From: Polymyxa betae A26-41
Lineage: Eukaryota > Protista > Endomyxa: Phytomyxea
Length of the DNA stretch: 50,007 bases
Direction of reading: 5' to 3'
Assembly (NCBI GenBank): GCA_003693705.1
Contig: RBZT01000181.1
Span: 1 to 50,007 of the forward strand
In this document: positions 1 through 11,466 of the stretch, piece by piece
Numbering within the stretch: the first letter of the stretch is position 1
Layout of the letters: every line of letters starts with the position of its first letter
Position numbers and translations under genes: made by a program
The notes under the pieces: model-generated
Seen by the model: only the letters and a program-made list of their open reading frames with translations
What the model was told of the DNA's origin: nothing
Database searches by the model: none

Positions 1-58
1 TTGGGACATACTGGAAAGAATTGATGTTGACGAGTGCGGACCTCTACCCGTAACGTCC

Positions 59-2592
59 TTGAACGTCGAAAGGTACTTCATCACGTTTTGTGATCGAAGT
101 AGTAAAGCCAAATTCATGTTTCTCCTACACCACAAGAATGAGGCATTCGGCAAGTTCCAGATTTTGAAAAGAAGGCTGGAAAATAGATTGGGAAAGAAAA
201 TCAAAGTCGTCTTTGGAGACAACGGTGCAGAAAATTCATCAACTCTGAATTCCAGCAGTTCTTGGAAATTGAGGGTATCGAATGGCAGTCTACCGTGCCA
301 TACTCATCCGAACAAAACGGGATAGCTGAACGTGGACATCTCACATTGATGGATTCGGCACGCTCGCTTCTTTGCCATGCTAGACTGCCGAAGCAATTCT
401 GGGGCCCTGCAATTCTAACAGCTTCTCACATACACAATCTGATGTCGCATCCGAATGACATAAACACGACTCCTCATGAAATGTTAAAAGGATCCAAGCC
501 CGACATGAGTTACCTTCGCGTTTTTGGCTGTGACGCCTACGCATTGGTGCCAGAACATCTGAGAACTAAGCTTGATCCTAGGGCTAAAAAATATATATTC
601 ATTGGATACGCACCAGATAAAAAGGGCTACCTTTTGTACGATCCAGCATTAGGAACCACTTCTGTCCACCGATCTGTCGTCTTTAATGAAGAATCCTTCA
701 ATGGGAGATCCGTGGCATTGGCTTTGTCGGATCCTGAAGAACCAGAAACGAATTGGGACCCTGATTATGTTGAGAATAACCATGGAGACTCTCATAACGA
801 AGACGACCTTATACAAAATATCGCAGAAAAACCATTCGGGAGTATCTTGACGAACAGAAGCAGGAGCAGGCGACAAATTCGAAAAGTACCAAGATATGGA
901 GAGTTTGTTCACCATAACTGGATCAATTCGCTTCATGCACAGGAAATCTATATTCCCACGAACTTCCAAGATGCAAAATTATGTACTGATTCTAACTTCT
1001 GGATGGAAGCAATTCAAGAAGAGCTGAATTCACTCCTTAGTCATAAAACATGGGAAGAAGTGCAAACCTTACCGCCTGGAAAGAAAGCGATTGGATGCCG
1101 ATGGGACTTCAAGATCAACACTCTTCGAACAGCTGATATTCCTGGAAACTATAGATGGGTTCTCAAACATTTACCGGACGGAAACTCTCTGAGATACAAA
1201 GCACGGTTGGTCGTACAGGGATTTCGCCAAAGAGCTGGCATCGACTACGATAAAACATATGCACCAGTGATGAGAACTGACATTTTCCGGCTAATGATGG
1301 CGCTGTCTATTATGGACAAAGATATCATCGCTGAGCAAATGGATGTGGTCACCGCTTTTTTCAATGCACATCTTACGGAAGAGCTCTACATGAATACACC
1401 ACAAGGAAGTGCTTCGCGAAGTAAGTTCGTCAAGTTACTGAAATCTCTTTACGGGTTGAAGCAAGCCCCCTATGAGTGGTTTAGAACAATTGACCGTTTT
1501 CTCGTAATCGAGCAAGGATTCACACAAATCAAGTCAACACCATGCCTGTATCTTAAGCGCGACTCTTCGAACAAATTTTGTCTGGTCGGAATCTATGTGG
1601 ATGACTTACCAATTATTGGACACCCAGTTTATGACCTGAAAAGCGCTCTCAACAAACGGTTTGACATGTCTGATCTTGGTACCTTAAAGCAATGTATTGG
1701 AATTGGCGTTCATCGTGATTCTATTGCTGGACAAGTTTTTCTTGAGCAGGAGAAGTACATTGAAGAAATCCTGTTATTGTTCCAAATGCACAAATGTAAA
1801 CCACAGCCTACACCTATCAACTCTGGTACAAAACTTACGAAGGATATCTGCCCAAAAACTGAAGCAGAGCACGAGGAAGTTAGGCAACTACAAAAGGCAA
1901 TGAATTATAAGGCGGCGGTCGGCCACCTGATATGGCTGCTTCATACAAGCCCGGATATAGCATATGCTGTCGGTGAAGTTGCCCGATTTGTTGACAATCC
2001 CGGCCCTGCTCACTTCGTCGCGCTCAAACGAATCTTTCGTGATCTAAGAGGAACGACGCGATATGGTCTCTTGTTCAAGAGAGAAGGAGAGTGCGCAACC
2101 TTCTCTCTCCACGACTCCGACTGGGCAGGTTGTGTCGATACTAGACGCTCGACTTCAGGTTTCAGCTTCTTCGTTAATAACTGTTTTATTTGTTATCGAT
2201 CAAAACGACAACTTTCCACAGCTCTGTCTTCTTGCGAAGCTGAAGTTCTTGCTTCGTCTCTGGCAGCTACCGAAGCCCTTTGGTTGCGTGATGTGCTAAC
2301 TGAACTAGGTTTCTATTCGGGAGGTCCTGTTTCCTTACATCAGGACAATCAAGGAGCTATTGCTTTTGCTCTAAGTGAAGTTCCTCACTCAAAAATGAAA
2401 CACATAGCGCTTCGCCAGAGCTTTCTTCGTGAACTTGTTTCTAATAATGTTCTTCTTCCGCTATATGTTTCCTCTGCAGACAACAATGCTGATTTCTTTA
2501 CTAAGGGCCTAAATCCTTCACGATTTATTGATCTTCGCGAACGGATCGGTTGTATTATTCGTCCCGCTGCATTTGAGGGGGGAGTTGAGTAG
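59..2592 (+). pseudogene. pol: copia pol polyprotein (integrase, RT, RNase H) with one frameshift near 230-234
   Basis: ORF 59..325 (integrase N-part, ...GDNGAE) and ORF 262..2592 join into DNGAE-FINSEFQQFLEIEGI if two extra A's in gaaaa (230-234) are removed. The 776-aa frame is otherwise open. Confidence 0.85.
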
Positions 2593-2789
2593 TCTCATGC
2601 ATCGTGACTTCTGATGTGTCACGTTTCTATTTGTTGCAAAGTCTCTGATCTATATAAACATCATCTTGTATTTCGCTAACTTTAACAACATCTTTGTCTT
2701 AGAATCTCTAGAAACTTAGCTCCGTGTAACTCTCTTGGTCAGCAATAAACCTTAAATGTTGTCGGTTTAAGGTTTCCGCGACTGTTACA
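2586..2789 (+). repeat. Probable 3' LTR of the copia element
   Basis: Starts TG just after the PPT. Contains TATATAAA at 2651, AATAAA at 2744 and a perfect 10-bp hairpin (2747-2756/2766-2775). Candidate CA end at 2789 (alternative end 2690). The 5' LTR is not in the window, so ends cannot be confirmed. Confidence 0.5.
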
Positions 2790-3085
2790 ATAATAATGTT
2801 GAGAACTTCGATAAACAAGCCTGGAAAAAAATTGAGCAAAAGAAAACAATGCACAAAACTGTTCCAAAGATTTAAAACAATTCGCAAAAAAGCTTTGAAC
2901 AAAATTCCTGAAAAGTGAAAAAGCAGAAAAAAAATGCGAAAATTTGACACAGTTTTGGCAGAAAAAAAACTGCGCTGCGGACTGCGTCACGGCTTCTGAT
3001 CGATTCCAGATCGAATCGTGTCGATCGACCAAGAGGGCGTCGTCGTCGTCGTCTCTGTCTGTCTCTGCCCGCTACCTCTGCCATC

Positions 3086-6000
3086 ATGGTCGTCTACAAC
3101 TTCCGCTCGCTCAAGGTCGTACCGACCGCCCCGCAGCTCCTCGACATCGTCCTGTCGCGGACCCAGCGCAAGACCGCCACCGAGGTCCATAAGCGCTTCA
3201 GCATCCAGCGAATCCGTCAGTTCTACATGATGAAGGTACAGAACGAGGCCGCACCGAGGGAGAGGCCCCGCCCCAGCCTTCATATCGCTCTGTTTCATCG
3301 CTTTGCACGCTGTTTGAAATCGTTTTGCTTTGCCGCTTGATTTCCTAACCCTCTTTTGAAACGTTGATCGTAACGTTGGATGTAGCGTAACCATCTGTGA
3401 ACGTTACTGCTTTCTTATGCTTCTGCTGGGATTTTTATTACAGTCTTTAATCATTTCAGAAGCTTCCAATAATCGTTGAGACCTATTATATTCTGATGGC
3501 AAAGCTATCCTATCGTCTGTCGTAACGTAAAAATCTGCTCACGTTACGTCCGAGATTGCGAAAACTTTCTTCTTTTAAGTCGTTTTCTGTCCAGTTTCCA
3601 TTGTTCATTCAGATTTTCTTTCAAAAGTTTTGAACTCAATTTTTTCTAATTCATTTCAAGTAACATCAACATGCAGGTGAAATTCACGCAATCCACGTTT
3701 CACGAGCGTCTGTCCGAGATCGTCGACGAGTTCCCGCGTCTGGATACGATCCACCCGTTCTACGCCGATCTGATCAACGTCCTGTACGACCGCGACCACT
3801 ACAAACTGGCTCTGGGCCAGCTGAACCAGGCCCGTACGTTGATTGATAACGTCGCCAAGGACTATGTTCGTTTGCTGAAGGTAACGTGGCTGGCTGCGTG
3901 TGTGTGCTCGAGTCGGTTTGTGATACGGTTGCGTTACAGTTCGGGGATTCGCTGTATCGCTGCAAGCTGTTAAAACGCGCGGCGCTTGGACGCATGGCCA
4001 CTATTGTGAAGAAATTGAAGTCGTCGTTGGGCTATCTGGAACAGGTAACATAAGAATACCTCGTTACATTTCGCGCTTCTTATTCTATTCGTCAATTTTC
4101 AATTCCCTCCGTTTTGTTTCTCTCAAAGTCTTGTTCTTTTTCCAGTTTCTACCGGTTTTTGCATTCACTTTTTTTCTGTTTTGAATCTGCTCTCGTTTTT
4201 CAACTCTTCAAATTCTTTCTTAAATACAAATTTGTGAACTTTTTCTCGAGATTCTTTGATATCTGTCAAGTTGCCATTTTCGACCTTTTTCAGTTTTTTG
4301 CGTTTCTTTTCCATTGCTTTCGAAGAGCTCAACTTTTTGTCAGAGTTTATTTTTCACTTTGTGTTGGACAATTTCGGTTTCTCGCAAATTGCCGTTTTTT
4401 TTACAACTGCTTCGTATAGGTCCGCCAGCATCTGTCGCGTCTTCCATCGATTGATCCATCAGCCCGTACCCTGCTCCTGACCGGTTATCCGAACGCCGGC
4501 AAGTCGTCGTTCATCAACCAGATCACCCGGGCCGACGTCGACGTCCAGCCGTACGCGTTCACGACGAAATCGCTGTTCGTCGGCCATACGGACTACAAGT
4601 ATCTGCGCTGGCAGGTTATCGATACGCCCGGAATTCTCGGTACGGCCATGTTTACGTCACGACTGCGTTGACGTTACTTGGTTTCGTTACTTTGGCAGGT
4701 TTCGCCATTTTAACAGTTTCTGTCTCTACTGCTGCGTTTGGGGTTTACGTTTACGCTACCACTGCGTTTACGTTACCCGATTTCGGCACTCTGTCTGGTT
4801 TCGCTACTTTAAACATTTCAGTTGCCACTGCTGTGTTTTGGGTTTACGATACTAGTTCGTGGTGCTGATTACGTTACACAGATCATCCTCTTGAAGACCG
4901 TAACACCATCGAGATGCAGTCGATCACAGCCCTGGCCCATCTGAACTGCGCCATCTTGTTCATGATCGATATCTCCGGAGCCGGACAATACTCGATCAAG
5001 CAGCAGGTAACATTACACGACATTCTTCTCAACCTGCTTTTCCAATTCGATTTTTTTCTGTAAATTTTCACTATTGCTTTCTCTCGCACTTTTTTTCACG
5101 TTTCGCTCTAGCTTTGAAGGGTTTTCTTTCAATTTTTAAAATTGCTTTTTAATGCTGTCCAAATTTTCTGCCCTTTGCAAACACTGCTCTAAGTTTTCCA
5201 TCTCGAAACTTTTCACTTTTTTTACTGATTTTTTTCCAACTTTTTTATTTCCACATTTTTTATTCACTCTTCAGATTTCGCTGTTCAACTCGATCAAGCC
5301 CTTATTCGCCAACAAGCCGCTCGTTCTGGTTGCCAACAAGACCGACTTGCGTCCGTTGGACGCTCTCGATGACGAGGACCGCGAGCTTCTGCGCTCGGCA
5401 TCCAACGACGGCAAGATCCCGATCATCCCAATGAGCAATATCGCCCAGGAAGGCATTCAGCAAGTGAAACAGACCGCCTGCGATCTCATCCTTGATCATC
5501 GCCTCTCCGTTAAGCTTCGATCGAACAAACTCGATACTGTTCGTCATCGCATTCAGATCGTTCAACCCGCGCCTCGTGATAACAAGGTCTGTTCATTCAC
5601 ATTCGCCAAATATTTTCAACATTTTCTTCGGTTTTGCAAAAAATTGTGTTCAATTGATCAAACAGTGGACACCGGATGAACAATCTTCATTTATTCCATC
5701 TTTTTACATTGTTTTTTTTTCTCGCTTTTTCATTCATTTTCCGTTCTGATTTCTCTTTCTTTTTTGGGCAATTTCGCTTTTGCTTTCTTACAATCTTTCG
5801 TGTTTATTCATAATTCACGATCTTTACTCTTCAATTAATGTTCGTGTTAGGTTCGGGCAGTTTGTATTCCGGAGTCGGTGATGAAGGCGCGCGCCCTGAA
5901 GGCCGACGGCATGGCGCCGCCGCCCCGCAAGACCGCCCGCCAGATCGAGGCCGAGAACGGCGGCGCCGGCATCTTCAATTTCGATATGCGCGCCCATTGG

Positions 6001-7033
6001 GAACTGGACACCAACGAATGGCGCCACGACGTCGTCCCCGAAATCTTCAACGGCAAGAACGTCGCCGACTATTTCGATGCCGACATTGAGGAGCGGTACG
6101 ACCCAAACCACTTTCTCTCACATTGTTTCGCCAACTTCGCATTCACAAAATTTTTCTCGTTTTTGTTCGAAAAACTTTGATGGTTCATTTCTTTTGTGAT
6201 TTTATTCAAAAAACTTTTGAAAATTCGAAATTTTTTCTCTGATTTTTCGCTGGTCTGACATGATCGACAGGCTTAATGCTCTGGAGCGCGAAGAAGAGCA
6301 GATCCGCGAAGACATGGTCACATCCGACGAGGAGTCGGATCTGGACCCCGAGCAGGTCGAGCTGGCCCACCGCATCCAGAAGAAGAAGAAGCAGCTGAAG
6401 CTGGCGGCGGCATCGGCCCGTACCATCACGCAGCCGGTCCGGAAACGCGAGACGAAGAGCGTCGAGCAGTTCTCCGCGCATCTGGAATCGATGGGTATCG
6501 ATGCCAGCAAGGTCCGCGCCCGAGGCCGGAAACGCACGCGCGACGTCGTTGATACGACCGAGGCCATGGAACTGGACAATGCCGTGTCGAAGTCCGCATC
6601 GGTGGCCCGAAGCCAATCGAAGATGCGCCGAAACCGCTCCATGACTCCTGGAAAGGAAACCGCTTTCAAGGACGAAAAGTACGCTGTCTTTTGTTCGATC
6701 TCGCTGTTTTGCGTTTGACTTTTTTGATTTTCAAAAACAAAACTTTTTTACAAAAAAGTTTCACTGGTGGAATCGCCATTTTTCGAAAACTTTCTTGTAT
6801 TTTCGATATGTTTTCTGTCTTGTTGCTCGAAAGCTAGGGGTTTTAGGGTTCCGCCTCGTGCTGACTGCGTTTTGTTTAGTGTTCGTGCGAAGGCGACGAA
6901 ACAGTCGAAGGTCGTTCAGCGTAAGATGAACGTCCTGGGTAAAGCTGGGGAGGCGGATCGCACGATCCGTGACGCGAAACCGAAATGGCTGTTCTCCGGC
7001 AAGCGCGGTATCGGCAAGACCGACCGACGTTAA
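3086..7033 (+). CDS. NOG1: Nucleolar GTP-binding protein 1 (NOG1/GTPBP4), 9 exons, 640 aa
   Basis: Exons 3086-3235, 3677-3880, 3940-4044, 4420-4639, 4882-5006, 5275-5586, 5851-6095, 6271-6678, 6880-7033. All introns are GT-AG and phases are consistent (1923 nt). Motifs: [25 protein letters not shown] (G1), YAFTTKSL (G2), DTPG (G3), NKTD (G4), and C-terminal [17 protein letters not shown]. Confidence 0.97.
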
Positions 7034-7338
7034 ACACAGCCTCATCGCCCCTGTCGTACTATTATCCCGTCCTGTAATAAATTATCACTTCGATTTCCGC
7101 ATGATGTTTTCAACAGTTGTTTGCGTTACTCAGCCATAAATTCGTCGGTCGTACTGGCTCTGGATCACCTGACGTTGTATTTAACTATCATGGAACTGTT
7201 TGGTCTTTATCGCTGCTACAAGATGTTTCTCGATTCGATTTGGGCCAAGCATGGCCAAACCCTAAACCCTAGACCCAAAGCCATGTGGTGCCCAGCTAGA
7301 TTGATTTATTGGTTGAATATTGTTATTTAATGTTACAT

Positions 7339-9441
7339 CTAGGCGAATGCTGTCACGGAGCATTCCGGTGTGGCGAGAGCCTGCATCCGTCCCGGATCGA
7401 TGTAGAGTCCGTCGATCAGCCCGTCGTCCCCGTGAATCGGCAGAGGCCAGAGCCAGATCACGGACCCCAGCACCTGGGTCGTGTTGGCCCACGCCCCGCG
7501 GTTGAATTTGACATTGGCGATGGCGGAACGCCGGCGCACTTCCTGGTCCCGCGACTGATGTTTCTCTCGGAATTCGATGGTCGTCATATTTTGCATGATA
7601 ATCTGCCAGGCGCAGCCCACCCCGTCAGTAAACTCATTATCAACACAGACAGACCCAGTAACATGAACCAAGCTGAAACAGAAAGCAGTTACGTCAAGGG
7701 TGCTCTGCCTTAACCGTAACAAAAACCAGTAACGTAAAAGGGGTAACGAAAACTGGTAACGTAAACCCCAGATAGGCATCAGACCACTAAATATGCGCTA
7801 TCCAGAGAAAGCTAGGTAGCAAAAGTATGGTAGCGTAAACTGGTAACGTAAATGTGGTAAAGCCCAATTTGTAACGTAACAATGCGGGACATTACATAGA
7901 TGTGGAAGGAAAGAAAGAGAATGAGACCGGCCGCCAGAGAGATGGCTACGACGCAGACCAGTACGACGACAACGTCGGTGTGGGCCAGTTCGCCATCGAC
8001 GATATTGCGGACTGCAGCCCAGACGCGACCGGACATCACGGTCAGGTAGGCGAGTAACGTGGCCGTCGCATAGAACAGGAACAGGACGAAGAATTTGCGA
8101 TTGCGCAGTCCGATGGTCGTGTGCGCGAACGTGCAGTAGTGATCCATGACCAGGACGCACCTGTTGCTCGTCAACATCATGCGGTTCAAAAAAAAACCAG
8201 TAACGTAAGCATTGGTAACATCAACCCGTAACGTGAATGCGGTAACATGAACCGCCATGTGATGAACAGCACGACACAAACATCAATTGGAGTTGAAAAA
8301 TGAATTTTGAGTATAGAGCCCGGTAACGATAGCAACCAGCATGTGGTAACATAACCGATGGAAACATAGATGTTGGTAACAGCAGTATCGCTCCAAAAAT
8401 AGAAACGAAGCGAAAACAAATAGCTAGGGTTTAGGGTTTCCAAGTCACTGCAAACGCGATCTCTCGTACGTATCGGTCCGGGAGCAGTGATGTGTGCGAT
8501 CGGGTTTGTAATGGGCCGGTACGCACTTGGTGCACTTCCGTATCGAGCCAGTACGGCGGACTTTGAGCTCGGCGAACGGCAGCTGGCGGACCCGTTGCCG
8601 CAACGGCTCGGTGAGCGGGTAGAAGCCCGGCTCGGCGATTTTCTGCATGAGTTCGATCTCGGCGGGAGTCAAGGCGAACCGCGCCGCCTCGTCGTCGTTA
8701 TCGTCGTAACAGGTCCAGATCTGTCAATATGTTAGACAGCCAAATTTTTTCACAAGACAAACCCTAACCCTAACATCGGAAACATTTCGAGTTCTTTCGA
8801 AAGTGTAAAAGGGTTTTAATTCAGCAAAAAACTGTCACATTTGTTCTCAGAATGGATTAAAATTTGACACTTTCGAAAACATTCTTCAAAAGTTCGCAAA
8901 AGGAAACGAAATGGAGCGAGTTCATGATTTCAAGAGAGCGTTGAGCTGATTGTGTGACTTACATGATCTGGTGGTACTGATCCAGGGGCGGTTAGTATCA
9001 GACGAATATATGAGATCCACATTAATATGTAGGATATATGGAAGATCACCTATCAGAGAGAGATATATATTAGGGTTAGGGTTCTCATTATCACAATAAA
9101 CATTCGATGCACACAGAGAGAGGGATCAGACCCCATCGCCCCAAACCCTAACAGAAAAATCCTTTCAAAACAGAAGACTGAATTCAGATTTCACGCAGAT
9201 CAAATCCAACGGCGGAAACTTTCAACGAAATCTGTTCATGCAGCCGTACGAAGGCGCGGGGTGGTACCGGCCCACCCGTGCTCCAGGCGAGGACCTGATC
9301 GAGGCCCGCGACCGCCAGATAGACGCCGTAGGCCACGGCGTTGAACACGACGAAGGCGACGGCGGGCGCGTACGACCGCCTCGGCACGGGGTCGGACATG
9401 GGCTTGCGCGGCAGACGCCCAGCAGCAGCGTCCGTCAGCAT
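7339..9441 (-). CDS. DHHC-family palmitoyltransferase (DHYC variant), 5 exons, ~352 aa
   Basis: Exons 9441-9250, 9049-8963, 8720-8470, 8160-7896, 7602-7339, phase-consistent. Motifs: TAPGSVP, CTKC..KPDRTHHCS..CVLVMDHYC..IGLRNRKFF, NMTTIE (TTxE), and FNRGAWANTTQVLG (PaCCT-like). Four hydrophobic segments. Confidence 0.92.
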
Positions 9442-11466
9442 GCGAACGGCATGCCGACCTAAGAGGACGGTCGGCGATCGGTCGCTGATCGTTGATAAGG
9501 GGGGCGGGTACGCCGCGATCAATGCGATCTCGGGCTATCCGTTTCAGTAGGCGTCAGGCGTCACCACACCTGACAGACCGTGCTGGCCCCCTCCCCCGCT
9601 ATGACTGTCTGCCCACTGACTAGACTCTGTCCCAGTCGTGGACCCTGGTCAGGACTGTAACGTAGCATGGGACGCTGCGTCCGGCTGCGGTAACGCGACT
9701 TGCTGGAGGCAGGTTCATGCTTGCAGCGGTATCGCGTGCGATAGTTTGATCGGGCTCGAATCCCTGATTCGGAGGCAGGGGTTAGGGTTTTTTTGTGGGC
9801 GGCCTCTCTATTCCGCTCTACCGTACGCCTCTCGGTATAGGGTTTGAGGGACCTGGAGCGAGTCCAACAATGCACTAGGGTTTTGTGGTCGTGCTGATCC
9901 ACTCGAACACAACAACTCGACGAGTCTCTCTCTTGACACATTTGGCCGAGTTTAACGCAGCTGATGATTGTGTGCCACTTTCCTTCATCCCGACCAACTC
10001 TGTGAGATGTCCTATAGAGAATACTCGAGAATTTTGAATTTGGAGAAGATCAGATCGAAATGTGTGCAGGCTGTTAGGTCGAGATTCGGCCTTTGCTTTT
10101 ACCGAGAAGCTGTGTCCTGTGTTTCCAAACGTCTCATATCTGATCATCGTTATGGATATCGCTCTATGTACTTCAGGTTTCATCTTCTCTCCGACAGTCG
10201 CTGTACTCGAGATTGCCATAATATCGGTATTAATGAGAGTATCTGATTGTTCACGCTTCGAGAGTTACGCTGCTTGTTCGCCGGCTGTTCATACAGGCTG
10301 AGTTTAGAGCCGACAATCTCCATTATGGTCTCATCTCTATATTCTGGTTTGTCTGCGGCCAAACGACCGATCATTGAGCCAAGCCTATTCGATACTTTCG
10401 CTTTTGCACTCTCAGCATCTTTGGCGTTGTTTATGCAGAGGTTTCAGTCGGTTCAATATCCGTCAGGATCTTAGAGGCTCTCTACCTGCGCAACGATTCC
10501 AGTTCAAGTTGATTCGAACGTCGCAACTGACAATTCGAATCTTGTTTCTAGAGATGGCCCTTTTATTTTCAAACGCCGACTTCATAGGGTTTGAAAATAT
10601 TGAAAATGTTGAAAAAAATAACAGAAAATGTGGTACCTATTAATAAGAACCACCACATCATAAAATCAAATATGAAATACAAATATTGTACCACAGAGGA
10701 ACAATGTTTCAATTCTTTCTGTGAAATCTGAAACATCTACCTCAACACTGTCATAACTTTTTCTAACATAACAGAGACTTGTCTAAGCCGAAGGACGGTT
10801 TGCTTATATAAATTACATCGTAATGGATTGCGTCTTTCAACTTTCAATTATTTCTTTACACTAAGTTCAGATTGTTCAGCTTTAGAATTTATATCTAATT
10901 ATTAAGTCCAGAAATGTATGGACTCTTTAATTTCGGGACTTCAAATGGGCTGTACACCATCAACGGAGTCCCATCGATGATAGAACGTTGAGAAGCTGAA
11001 CTGTATGGGTTGGGCTGGAACCTGTAGGTGGCTGCGCCCGTCCAACTCCATCTAGATGATGTTAACGGCGTGTTTTGGCTTTTGCCAGACTCAAAGAAGA
11101 CAATTTGGAATCGATTGAGCATTGGATCGATCGATGGTCAGGCCGATGTTTTCAGCAAAACCGGATAAGGAGAGAAGTGATGAAGGGAGGTCATGCTTGC
11201 CGTTCCGGCAGCTCATGAGAGGACAAGCAATCCCAAAGCGGCGCCGAAATCTCTACAGCCCCGGCATAGAAATTCCCAGCTCGACCGAAGTTGACTAAAT
11301 CATAACATCGAGATGGAAAAGTCTTTATTGACTGCAGACCATTCGATGGCAACAGTCATATATTCTAGGAGGTTCTTGAACCCTTATATACAGACAGCGC
11401 CAAGCTGATCCGATTTCGAGTCGAGGACCAGCTTGAAGCGGAGTTACGATTCAGCATCTGATTACG

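Larger units (their letters stand above)
1..2789 (+). mobile_element. Ty1/copia LTR retrotransposon, 3' portion (integrase-RT-RNaseH, PPT, probable 3' LTR); 5' end lies outside the window
   Basis: INT-RT-RH domain order with copia motifs: PYSSEQNGIAER, LRVFGCDAY, KLDPRAKKYIFIGY, YKARLVVQGF, QMDVVTAFFNA, LLKSLYGLKQAP, YVDD, DSDWAG, KHIALR, ADFFTKGL. Polypurine tract gaggggggag at ~2575-2584. The right boundary of the LTR is uncertain. Confidence 0.95.

Noticed and set aside
230-234. Programmed frameshift in copia pol
   Set aside because: It lies inside the integrase core in a short A-run, so it is more likely a mutation or sequencing error.
5271-6669. Antisense and alternate-frame ORFs overlapping NOG1 and other GC-rich exons
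   Set aside because: Shadow ORFs caused by high GC at third codon positions.
9900-11430. Coding-like minus-strand fragments (ORFs 10180..10374 and 10895..11122)
   Set aside because: Many stops, no recognisable motif, and no consistent splice model; possibly a decayed gene or further Myb-gene exons.
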